Positions 23,081 to 36,322 are shown, counted from the first letter of the stretch. The stretch is 64,000 bases of DNA from Eledone cirrhosa (GCA_964016885.1 OZ024741.1:352532001-352596000), one strand, 5' to 3'. Program-made: numbers and translations. The notes: a model not told the origin generated them from the letters alone.

Positions 23081-25083
23081 TTAAAATTTATCTCAAGTTC
23101 TGTTTTGTTGTTATCTTACTTATACATGTTATGTACATGATGCACTTACATGTCACATGGCCCTTACATAAATCATATGTATTTAGCATTGATTACTAAA
23201 ATACTTAATAAGCATTTAAAATGGAGCCTACATTTCACATTTGGCTTGGGCCTATTACCTGCTTTGGTGGTGATGGTGGGGGCTTTAATATACATGTGGC
23301 ATGGCTCTACTACCAACTTTGATGCTAATAGTGGTAGGGCTACATTTTACATCTGGCCTGGACCTATTATCAGCTTTGATGGTGGTGGGGTCTGAGCCTT
23401 TCACCAGATTTGGTGGTAAAAGCAGGGTATTACATTTTACATGTGGCTGGGGCCTATTACCAACTTATATATGGGCCTGATCATCTGTAGGTTCCTTATT
23501 CTTGAATATAACAAATCTCTAGGCTAGGTTTGAACTTAAAATGTTTATTTCTAATACAAGTTTTCCTTTAATGTTCTTGAGCAAACCTATGACCAAAGAC
23601 ATTCTAGACATAATCACCCTGACCTTGTCTCTGACATTTCATATCTAGAACTATATTATCTAATATGTTCCTCTTTTTACAAGCTAGTAGAGTGTAATTC
23701 GAGAGCTATTTAGCTGTTATTTCTAGCAGTTAGAATGGCTTTGTAAATTATTTTGTCTGAGGAGGAAAAGTGTCCAAAAATAGAATGTTTTAGCAAGATG
23801 TGGTCCTGTGAATAAGAGCTGACTTGGACCGTCATAACCCATTGAAACCCATATCAGCGTAGAAAGCAGACATAAATTGTTGATGAGGATGATGAAGCTT
23901 AGTAGGAGTCAGTAAACATGGAGCTGGTGAATGTGCAGTGGCTTTGTCTGTACATGAGTGGTATACAGATATAGTGTCAATAGAAACTATAGCAGTAATG
24001 ATAGTTGAAAAAAGAGGAGGGAAGCCAGCAAGAAGACGTCAATAGATTAATAGGGGTACTGATTTGATGAGAGCAGGTTTGGTCTTACAGTCTAGAATGT
24101 TCATTGGAATAGCTACTATATTATAGCAGATTATGTGCACAGTGGTCATGAGTCACATTTGTGCCTTGAAAGAAGGTCAGAAATTTTGAAAGAGCAGAGA
24201 CCAATATAGTCTTTAGACAAGGAGGAAATGACAATGCCCATGATCCTTTTTAAGGTTTCAGAGACTGGTGGGTGAGAGGTAGGAAGATATCCTCAAACTA
24301 GAGACCTGTTCTGAATGTTTGCAACATAGTGGATTCTGCTAAAGGCACCCAAGGACCATATGATTGTGTGAATTAGGTGGCAGATTAAGTCTATTACTCA
24401 AGTAGGCCACAGCAGGATTTGAACTCAGAATACAAAGAGCCAGAACAAATACTGAAAGGTATCTCATCTGATGTTCTGATAATTATGCCAGTTTACTGTC
24501 CTTGATTAGTACTTTATTCTATCGACCCTGAAAGTTAAAAGTTGACCTCAGCAGGATTTGAACTCAGAGCAGAGAGAGCTGGAAAAAATACCATGAGGCA
24601 TGTTGTCCTATGCTCTAATGTGACTATCAGTGTGCCACCTATGTGAAACAATAGTATTTATATTAGTTAAGTTTGGTGGATATATAACATGATTTCACAA
24701 TTTATCTTGTCTTTGTTTTTGTAATAGCAGCCATATTGTACCCAAGCAAACTAAAGGGGTGGAAGGTAGGCCAGTGGGTATAGGACTACAATTTTAAGGA
24801 AATATAAAATTCTAGTTCTTTTATTCTGATATCTTACTTGTAAGTATGTCAAGTACATGTGCCCATACATAAACCAGATATGTTTAACACTGATTACTAA
24901 AATATTTAACATGCAGTTTGAACATTGGATCAGCATTTTTTCATCTGGCCTTGGCCTATTATCACCTTTGTATGGGCCTGGTTTTGTTGAAGTCTGCACT
25001 GAGTTTACTGATTTGGTGTTCAGCACAATGTATACTGTTCCTTTGGTTTTTTTTTAGTAAGTTTTATCCACCGTTGTTCTCTT

Positions 25084-25290
25084 TCATCATCATCATCATC
25101 ATCATCACCATTTGACTTCCATTTTTCATTGCTAGCATGGGTTAGACAAGTTGTCCTGTTGTGCAACAAGCCAGGTTAGATGACCATGTCTTGCTCATAC
25201 AAAACTGATTTTGGCTTGGCGTCTATGGCTGGAGGCCCTGCCTAACACCAACTACATTTACAGCGTGAACTGGGTGCTTTATTGTTGTGA
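25084..25290 (-). mobile_element. RTE or SINE 3' end with (GAT)n tail
   Basis: (CAT)n followed by gctagcatgggttagac ... ggctggaggccctgcctaacacc, a decayed RTE 3'UTR. Confidence 0.7.
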
Positions 25291-26398
25291 CAAAAAGTAT
25301 ACCCGACGTATACACTATACATGAGCAGAGGAGACACACACACACATGCACACACATCTTTCTGCATTTTAAATAAGTGTGTGGTTTCATTATAGTAAGC
25401 TAATACACATTTTCTCAAATAACACTACCTCACTGTAACCTTATAAATATGTTAGTCGATATTGAACTTACTTTGTTGTAATTTGACACTTTCAGTTTAT
25501 TATTGGTAGATTGGAAACATTACAAAGCTTCCTCCTCATTTTCAAGGCGAAATTTACAAAGCCTCCTTTTGTAAGGCGAAAGTGAACTTTGATATTTTAT
25601 TAGGTAAACATATTTGAGAAGTGAAAGACTGAAAGTCATTTGAAGGTTAATATTTTTACACACCTGTCCCTATTATTCTCATCTCTGATTACATGTACTC
25701 CCACCACCTCAGTGTAAAGCCTAGCACCTATCTATCGGACTTTAGACTAATTAGTGTTGCAAATGTAATTAATGTTTGTCTAATTAATAATGTGATGTTA
25801 GTATACAAATGAATAGCCTTCTTGATATGTCTATTTCTGAACCCAAAGTATACACTATACACGAGTAGAGCAGACGTGTGTGTGTGTGTGTAAGTTTGTG
25901 TGCATCTATATGCCTCTGTCTTTCTCTTTCACTCTTTCTCCCCTCATGCATATTAAGAGGTTGTGTCAATAGATAAGATATTTGATTACCACTCACATGT
26001 TTGTAAGTTCATATCCAGTGTCTCTGTTGTGTCTCCAGCATGGCACTTAAGTGTGTGTGTCTCTGTAAACCTTACATGTAGCCAGCTACTAAATATTTCG
26101 GGAGTATTACTGGTGCTAGACTTTTGTCCCCCATAGCAAATCATTCAGTATCCATTGACAGAATGTCATAGAATCCATACATGAGCTAAAGTTTTGTGAC
26201 ACCACATACATTACATTGCATACATATACATACACATACAGACAGACATACATATACATACATACAGACATACATATACATACACACAGACAGATTTACA
26301 TATACACACACATACATACACACAAATATATATATACATACACACATGCAGGCTGACACGCACATACACATAAACACAAACACTGACATGGTAGCAGA

Positions 26399-26596
<198 letters not shown>

Positions 26597-27199
26597 CGGA
26601 CACGCACAGACTGATAATAAAAGACACACACAGACACAAGCATACTGTCAGGAATGAGGCTGTATTTAAGTGCACTTTATATCATGAAATCTGACAGAAT
26701 TATCGTGCAAATCTGCTCATGTTGCTGCCAATTAATCCTAGCCAGTCAATTTCACACTATAAACAGACATGCAAAAAAGCATATAAGCCATAGCTCTTTC
26801 TTGTTTCAGTACTGAGTGAGAAAACGTCTTACATGGCTACTGAGATATCTGTGATGTGATCACAGCTTAAACAATTCATAGCGAATCTTATATGTTTATT
26901 ATACATAAACACTCTATATACCTTCATATATTCCCCTATATATATGGCTCTTTGGATTGCTCAAAATATTCTCATTGAAGTAAATAACAAATTTATATAT
27001 ATATATATAAATTTGTTATTTACTTCAAGGTGCTATGCAGTTTTATGAAAGCCCCGCCCTCTATTGTTCTCGGAACGAGGCTTATACCTACTAGGCAACA
27101 CCTTTCTCAACCTGCAATCCCCTCTCCTCCACCTCCCTTAGCGGTAACCATACTTCCCCTACTACCCTGACCACATCTTTTCCCTCTAAACCCCACTAC

Positions 27200-27482
27200 C
27201 CTGTGTTGTGTCGGTGACACAACGAAGGTGCCCAGTCCACACTGTAAAGAACATCCAGCCCACACTGTAAAGTGATCATGTAGGTGTCATGACAAAAAGT
27301 ACCCAGCACACACTGTAAATGTGGTCGGCGTTGGGAAGGGCATCCAGCCGTAGAAAACCATCCAGAAACTCTCCTATATGAGCAAGACATCGTCACCCGA
27401 CCCAACTTGCCTCTAATTGGGATAAACCTGTCTAACCCATGCAAGTGTGGAAGATAGACGTTAATCGCTGATGATGATGATA
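27200..27482 (+). mobile_element. Older RTE 3'UTR with (GAT)n tail
   Basis: ccacactgtaaa subrepeats, ggaagggcatccagccgtagaaaacc, aacccatgcaagtgtggaa..gacgttaa..gatgatgat. Confidence 0.8.
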
Positions 27483-27564
27483 AATGAAATTTGCCTATGT
27501 TCTACAATGTGAGGTTCATACTTATATATATATATATATATATATGAAGTTTGCTTGTGTTCTA

Positions 27565-28735
27565 CAATTTGAGGTTCAGAGTAAGCAGAGACAAAGTGTT
27601 TTTTAAATGATTGAGTACATGCTCTGACTGAGGCCAAAAAGAAGGTGGCATGGAAGTCTTGAGTGAAGAGAATAAATGTATGAGTGAGGACCTACCCCAT
27701 CTAGACCCAGCTGATAGACCAATCATAAAAGTTGATAGCAGTGTGATAAACAAAGCAATTAAGGACATGAAGGTATAGATAGCAACCAGAGCATCTGGCA
27801 TAATTGTTCAGATGCTAATAACATCCAGCATGGTATGTTATGAGCTAGTTAGATGCATAGTTAATCAAGTAGTACAAGATGGTTTCATAATGAATGGCTG
27901 GTATTGTAGTATCATTGTAAACTACTGTTAAAGCAAAAGATATGCACACGAGGGAAGTAACTGCAGAGGTATCAAGTTGATGGATCAGGTCATGGTTTAT
28001 AGCACAATTAATTGTGCTATAAACCATGATGAGATGAGATGCTGTTCGGTTTTATGCGAGGTGAGAGTACTACCAATGCCCTCTTCCTTGTGAGATAAAT
28101 AAAGAAGTACTTAGCTAAGAATAATCCACTGTACCTGGCATTTGTGGATATGGAGAAGGCCTTTGACAGAGTCCACTGCTCTGTAATCTTGTGAGCACTA
28201 AAGAAGCTAGGTGTAGACGAATGGATTGTGAGGGCTGTGCAACCAGCAAGATGAGAGTTGGGAATGAGTACAGTAATGAATTTGGAGTGCAAGTGGGTTC
28301 TGCTAGAACTGAGTCTTTAGTTCACTTCTGTCCATCGTTGTTCTTCAGTCTAAGACCAACACTCCATGGTAACTCCTGTATGTTTATTGCCTTTATAGCA
28401 GAATCTGTGGAAGAGTTACAGGTGAAATTTCAGGAATGGTAGAAAAACCTAGAATTGAAAAGCCTAAATGTAAGCTTAGCAAAGTAGGAAAGAAGACAGG
28501 GAAGTGGCTTTGATATGTCGAGAGGAGGACGGAAACTCTGTATGATGCTCAATGTAATATATGGATAAATGCACAAAAAATGTAGTGGGATTGCAGGCAG
28601 GTTAATGGAGAAGATAGACTTTGTATGCAGCAAATGCACAGAAGAAGTAAGCACTATGTGCACACATGGAATAGAATGCCTTGGAGGCTCCCTAGACATT
28701 GTTGGCAGATTTTGAGACCTAGGTGACCAAAATTA
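27565..28735 (+). pseudogene. Ancient RTE RT-PHD fragment
   Basis: Degenerate homology to the intact RTE ORF (LPHLDP.., [30 protein letters not shown]) with stops and frameshifts. Confidence 0.85.
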
Positions 28736-30059
28736 CAGAAGAAGTGTAGGACTCGTGGAAAAAGTAAACCTAGGAAGACAAGGGATGAAAACAGTTGTGA
28801 AAACTGACATTAGGAAGCTGAATTTTATGACATAGATGACTATGGAATGAGAACTTGTGTGTGTATAATTTATGATAGGTCCTCTGTGTCCCTCTGTGTT
28901 GGAAGGTGACTGTGTTGATGCCAAAATTTAAGGGGGATTTGGCTACTATTTTTAACAAGTCTAATGGCAATGTAGAAGCCTCTCTCATTGACTTATACGT
29001 ATACAGATTCAGACATAAGCTAATAAGATTGAAATTTGAAGTTGATGTGATTGTTATTTCTATCAGATCTTTCTTATTGGTACCTATATATTCCTGCATG
29101 TTGTAAGAATTGACCAAAAGGGTTGGCATAAGGAAGGGCATTCCACTACAAAATATTGTTTTAGCACATCTCTACTCGTTCCAGCATGGAAAAGTGGATG
29201 TAAAAATGGTGATGATATATATGCCTCTATTTTTGTGTATGTGTGTATATACATGCATAAGAGAGTAGAGTGTGATTTGAGGGGCATTTGGCTGCTATTT
29301 GTTTTTAGATCTAGCTATCATATGCAGAATGCTTCGTTAGCTCATGCACAAATATGTACATACATAAGACAGTATGGAATGATTTGAACTGAGGGAAGGT
29401 TTCATTGATCATAAATGTAGAGATCTCTCTCTCTCTAATTAAAAGAAAAAGGACAAACACAGAGATACAACAATGGTTTTATTAGTTTCATGCTTAAAAG
29501 GAAAGTTCAATGTATCGGATGTTAATCTTTTAACAGGAGTTGAGGAAACACAGAGACGAGTCTCACAGATTAGAAGAGGATAAAAAGGGAGAATTTGAGT
29601 GTGGGTTTTGTAATTCTTCTTTGTGTGTATGTGTTGTTGGAGTGGTATATACATTGTTTGTGATGGTGTGTATGTTTGTCTGAGTGTATTAACATCTTAT
29701 AAGTGTATGGTTTGTTTTTGTGGTATCAAATATAAATAAAAATAAATGTGAAAAAAACACAACCTAACTTCAAAAGGTGAAATAACAGTGAAAATAAACA
29801 TATAATGACTGTTAAGTGAGAATGCATGTGTACACAGGCAGATGTATCTGTGTGCAAGTATGCGTCTGTTTCTATGTGTATGTTTATTAATGTATTCAAG
29901 TTTTTTGTTTTATGTGTAATGTATCTATCTGTGTGTGTGTGTGTAAGTTATAGTTGATGTATGTTGGTGTGCATGTGGGTGTAGGGTGCAGTGGGGAGAG
30001 CAGATTAGAGAAAGTGCAGCAGTGCATTTAGGCCATAGGGGGTAGATGTTTGCAGAAAA

Positions 30060-30390
30060 AATGAGCTGCTGTTACCTCTGGTGGCATCTGTCCATGGGTC
30101 CGGTACAGGATGCAAGACTGAAGACAGTGATGTGACATGTAGAATGGCTAGTGGAATAGAAATGTTGGATGTATATATGCACATACGTATATGTATGTAT
30201 CTTTATGTGTACATGTATGTTTATATATGTATATTGTTCCACACTGTAAATGTAGTTGGTGTGAAGTCTCCGGCCAAATTTACAATCCTGTCGAAGCAAG
30301 GTATGGCGTGGCCAGACACGTCTCTTGTCGTGGACAAACCGTCTAATCCATCCATGCAAGTATGGAAAATGGACGTTAAACGCTGATGAT
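30060..30390 (+). mobile_element. Decayed RTE 3' fragment
   Basis: ccacactgtaaatgtagttggtgt and ccatgcaagtatggaaaatggacgttaaacgctgatgat terminus. Confidence 0.6.
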
Positions 30391-30403
30391 TATATGCATG
30401 TAT

Positions 30404-30443
30404 GTTCTTCTGATGAAGAACTAGCGCCCGAAACGTTAAGACC
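30404..30443 (+). ncRNA. Degenerate minimal hammerhead ribozyme motif
   Basis: tctt-CTGATGA-agaactagcgccc-GAAAC-GTT-aaga: core boxes and stem I (TCTT/AAGA) present, stem II poorly paired. Confidence 0.45.
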
Positions 30444-30521
30444 CTCTTCCTGCTACATCAAGCGTTAACCTAATATATCCCTTCCATATATTGTACCGAT
30501 TGTGTTGTTTTTTCTGTTTAC

Positions 30522-30608
<87 letters not shown>

Positions 30609-30611
30609 TTA

Positions 30612-30660
<49 letters not shown>

Positions 30661-30735
30661 TTATATATATTTATATATATATATATTTATATATATTTAT
30701 ATATATTTATATATATATATATATTTATATATATT

Positions 30736-30770
<35 letters not shown>

Positions 30771-30827
30771 TTATATATTTATATATATATATATTTATAT
30801 ATATATATATTTATATATATATATATT

Positions 30828-30859
<32 letters not shown>

Positions 30860-30927
30860 TATATATATATATTTATATATATTCCAATATATATATATAT
30901 ATTTATATATATTTATATATATATATT

Positions 30928-31003
<76 letters not shown>

Positions 31004-31071
31004 TATATATATATATTTATATATATTTATATATATATATTTATATATATTTATATATATATAAATATATT

Positions 31072-31104
<33 letters not shown>

Positions 31105-31225
31105 ATTTATATATATTTATATATTTATATATATATATTTATATATATTTATATATATATAAATATATTTATATATTTATATATATATAAATATATTTAT
31201 ATATATATATTTATATATATATATT

Positions 31226-31292
<67 letters not shown>

Positions 31293-31491
31293 ATATTTAT
31301 ATATATATTTATATATTTATATATATATATATATTTATATATATATTTATATATTTATATATATATATATATTTATATATATATTTATATATATTATATA
31401 TATATATATTATATATATATATTATATATATATATATTTATATATATATTTATATATATATATTTATATATATATGATGATGATGATGATG

Positions 31492-31531
<40 letters not shown>

Positions 31532-31550
31532 GATGATGATGATGATGATG

Positions 31551-31586
<36 letters not shown>

Positions 31587-31677
31587 ATTGATGATGATGA
31601 TGATATATATATATATTTATATATATATATATTGATGATGATGATATATATATATATATTTATATATATATATATAT

Positions 31678-32002
31678 CCTCGATATGAATACCCCCTCCG
31701 CCTCCGTGGTATTTTCTTCGTGGTTATAAGAGGCTTAGCTCTGTTTCTCGACCGTTATATCGCGTGACTATCTCCCCCTCCGCCTTTTGGGATTCTTTCT
31801 CACGTCGTGTAGACGCGTTCTTGAGACTAGTAAAATGAGGTATCCTCTTGATAAGTCGGCAGACCTCGCAAGGACTCTATATCTTTGATATATTGTTTTT
31901 GTTTATGCCACGAAACTACGTAGTCGAGGAATTTAGGAACAGTTTAGGTATGATACATTTTATTACTAATTATATCTAAATGTTTCTTCTCTCTTCATAA
32001 TG
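31678..32002 (+). mobile_element. Hammerhead-containing non-coding insert (family C), Penelope LTR-like
   Basis: 325-bp unique insert bounded by (TA)n on both sides, with a complete hammerhead fold and no ORF. Confidence 0.65.
31817..31940 (+). ncRNA. Type I hammerhead ribozyme, U3-A8 variant with long stem II
   Basis: Stem I TCCTC/GAGGA; TTGATAA at 31848-54; stem II GT(C)GGCA/TGCCAC; GAAAC at 31912; palindromic stem III ACTACGTAGT; GUC site ending 31925; distal pairing GTTCTTGA/TTAGGAAC. Confidence 0.8.
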
Positions 32003-32157
32003 TATATATTTATATATATATATATTGATGATGATGATGATATATATATATATTTATATATATATATATTGATGATGATATATATATATATTTATATATA
32101 TATATATTGATGATGATGATGATGATATATATATTTATATATATATTTATATATATA

Positions 32158-32252
<95 letters not shown>

Positions 32253-32253
32253 T

Positions 32254-32309
<56 letters not shown>

Positions 32310-32331
32310 TATATATTTATATATATATATT

Positions 32332-32389
<58 letters not shown>

Positions 32390-32411
32390 TATATATTTAT
32401 ATATATATATT

Positions 32412-32468
<57 letters not shown>

Positions 32469-32471
32469 ATT

Positions 32472-32621
<150 letters not shown>

Positions 32622-32622
32622 T

Positions 32623-32676
<54 letters not shown>

Positions 32677-32698
32677 TATATATTTATATATATATATT

Positions 32699-32756
<58 letters not shown>

Positions 32757-32778
32757 TATATATTTATATATATATATT

Positions 32779-32811
<33 letters not shown>

Positions 32812-32836
32812 ATATATTTATTTATATATATATATT

Positions 32837-32928
<92 letters not shown>

Positions 32929-32974
32929 TATATATATTTATATATATATATTTATATATATATATTTATATATT

Positions 32975-33009
<35 letters not shown>

Positions 33010-33012
33010 ATT

Positions 33013-33483
<471 letters not shown>

Positions 33484-33498
33484 ATATATTTATATATT

Positions 33499-33597
<99 letters not shown>

Positions 33598-33600
33598 ATT

Positions 33601-33637
<37 letters not shown>

Positions 33638-33662
33638 TTATATATATATTTATATATATATT

Positions 33663-33697
<35 letters not shown>

Positions 33698-33704
33698 ATT
33701 TATT

Positions 33705-33737
<33 letters not shown>

Positions 33738-33819
33738 ATTTATATATATATATATTATATATATATATATTTATATATATTTATATATATTTATATATAT
33801 ATATTTATATATATATATT

Positions 33820-33925
<106 letters not shown>

Positions 33926-33930
33926 ATATT

Positions 33931-34004
<74 letters not shown>

Positions 34005-34156
34005 ATATATATATATATTAGAATTGTAGCTCTGAAATAGCAATATATATATGGATGTAAATATAATGTATTTTGCAATACACTTTATGCTTAATTAAAA
34101 GCATTTTGAAGACCGTAAGCTATTGTTTTAAAGTAGTGACAAATTCACTCACTTCG

Positions 34157-34248
34157 ATCTCAGCAAACAGGAGGAGATAAGCCGACATGACATGTTTCGC
34201 TTTTGTTGAAGCTTATCAAGGCCAACTACCCCGCCCGTCTGCTGAGAT
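34157..34248 (-). ncRNA. Type I hammerhead ribozyme, family A
   Basis: Reverse complement of the motif at 34440..34531. Confidence 0.85.
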
Positions 34249-34439
34249 TAATGATGTTATATTCTTATAGAAATCTAGTAAATAATCAGGAGCTGATTAT
34301 GCAGAGCGGGTTGTTGGTCAGGCAGAAATTAAAAATTAGAATTGTAGCTCTGAAATAGCAATATATATATGGATGTAAATATACTGCATAATCAGCTCCT
34401 GATTATTTACTAGATTTCTATAAGAATATAACATCATTA

Positions 34440-34531
34440 ATCTCAGCAGACGGGCGGGGTAGTTGGCCTTGATAAGCTTCAACAAAAGCGAAACATGTCA
34501 TGTCGGCTTATCTCCTCCTGTTTGCTGAGAT
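34440..34531 (+). ncRNA. Type I hammerhead ribozyme, family A (U3-A8 core)
   Basis: GCC-TTGATAA-GCTT(caacaa)AAGC-GAAAC-AT(gtc)AT-GTC-GGC, cleavage predicted after 34504. Stem I extends through GGGTAG/TTATCT and ATCTCAGCAGACGGG/CCTGTTTGCTGAGAT. Confidence 0.87.
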
Positions 34532-34756
34532 CGAAGTGAATGAATTTGTCACTACTTTAAAACAATAGCTTACGGTCTTCAAAATGCTTTTAATTAAGCA
34601 TAAAGTGTATTGCAAAATACATTATATTTACATCCATATATATATTGCTATTTCAGAGCTACAATTCTAATTTTTAATTTCTGCCTGACCAACAACCGCT
34701 CTGCATAATCAGCTCCTGATTATTTACTAGATTTCTATAAGAATATAACATCATTA

Positions 34757-34849
34757 ATCTCAGCAGACGGGCGGGGGTAGTTGGCCTTGATAAGCTTCAA
34801 CAAAAGCGAAACATGTCATGTCGGCTTATCTCCTCCTGTTTGCTGAGAT
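34757..34849 (+). ncRNA. Type I hammerhead ribozyme, family A
   Basis: Tandem copy of 34440..34531 with one extra G. Confidence 0.87.
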
Positions 34850-35074
34850 CGAAGTGAGTGAATTTGTCACTACTTTAAAACAATAGCTTACGGTCTTCAA
34901 AATGCTTTTAATTAAGCATAAAGTGTATTGCAAAATACATTATATTTACATCCATATATATATTGCTATTTCAGAGCTACAATTCTAATTTTTAATTTCT
35001 GCCTGACCAACAACCGCTCTGCATAATCAGCTCCTGATTATTTACTAGATTTCTATAAGAATATAACATCATTA

Positions 35075-35166
35075 ATCTCAGCAGACGGGCGGGGTAGTTG
35101 GCCTTGATAAGCTTCAACAAAAGCGAAACATGTCATGTCGGCTTATCTCTTCCTGTTTGCTGAGAT
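35075..35166 (+). ncRNA. Type I hammerhead ribozyme, family A
   Basis: Third tandem copy with an identical core. Confidence 0.87.
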
Positions 35167-35304
35167 CGAAGTGAGTGAATTTGTCACTACTTTAAAACAA
35201 TAGCTTACGGTCTTCAAATGCTTTTAATTAAGCATAAAGTGTATTGCAAAATACATTATATTTACATCCATATATATATATATATAAATATATATTTATA
35301 TATA

Positions 35305-35351
<47 letters not shown>

Positions 35352-35384
35352 TTATATATATATTTATATATATATTTATATATA

Positions 35385-35429
<45 letters not shown>

Positions 35430-35616
35430 ATATTTATATATATTTATATTATATATATATTTTATATATATATATATGAAATTGGAATAAATGCTCTGAA
35501 ATAGCGATATATATGTGAATATAGACATAGAATATTCGAAAATATTCTGTATGTTATAATAAACATTTTGAAGACCTAATCGCTATAGAATAGAATACGT
35601 CACGTATTACAATTAG

Positions 35617-35705
35617 ATTCTCGATAAAAGCAAGGGAAGTAATCTACGCGTTTCATTCTTATTAGAAATCTTCAGGACTACATATCCAGTGCTTTTATCG
35701 AGAAT
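35617..35705 (-). ncRNA. Type I hammerhead ribozyme, family B
   Basis: Reverse complement of 35998..36086. Confidence 0.83.
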
Positions 35706-35997
35706 GACACAGCTAGAGACTTATAGAATACTTAGCTGTGTACAGGAACTGGTTTGAAAGAGCGGTTGCCGGTCCGGCAGAAATTAGAAATTGGAATAAA
35801 TGCTCTGAAATAGCGATATATATGTGAATATAGACATAGAATATTCGAAAATATTCTGTATGTTTATGTCTATATTCACATATATATCGCTATTTCAGAG
35901 CATTTATTCCAATTTCTAATTTCTGCCGGACCGGCACCCGCTCTTTCAAACCAGTTCCTGTACACAGCTAAGTATTCTATAAGTCTCTAGCTGTGTC

Positions 35998-36086
35998 ATT
36001 CTCGATAAAAGCACTGGATATGTAGTCCTGAAGATTTCTAATAAGAATGAAACGCGTAGATTACTTCCCTTGCTTTTATCGAGAAT
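35998..36086 (+). ncRNA. Type I hammerhead ribozyme, family B (canonical core)
   Basis: GTAGTC-CTGAAGA-tTTCT(aata)AGAAt-GAAAC-GC-GTA-GATTAC; palindromic stem III ACGCGT; cleavage predicted after 36058; perfect distal helix ATTCTCGATAAAAGCA/TGCTTTTATCGAGAAT. Confidence 0.85.
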
Positions 36087-36202
36087 CTAATTGTAATACG
36101 TGACGTATTCTATTCTATAGCGATTAGGTCTTCAAAATGTTTATTATAAACATACAGAATATTTTCGAATATTCTATGTCTATATTCATATATATATATA
36201 TT

Positions 36203-36275
<73 letters not shown>

Positions 36276-36322
36276 ATATATTTATATATATTTATATATA
36301 TATATATATATTTATATATATT

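Larger units (their letters stand above)
34018..35270. mobile_element. Retrozyme / Penelope LTR-like element, family A (317-318 bp unit)
   Basis: Minus-strand arm 34018..34383 joined head-to-head to plus-strand tandem units starting at 34384, 34701 and 35019. One hammerhead per unit; flanked by (TA)n. Confidence 0.8.
35478..36188. mobile_element. Retrozyme / Penelope LTR-like element, family B (309-bp unit)
   Basis: Minus arm 35478..35864 (period 309; gaaattgg at 35478 and 35787) head-to-head with plus arm 35865..36188; flanked by (TA)n. Confidence 0.8.

Noticed and set aside
26780-26880. Possible hammerhead near ctgagtgagaaaacgtc
   Set aside because: No correctly spaced core boxes or stem II on either strand.
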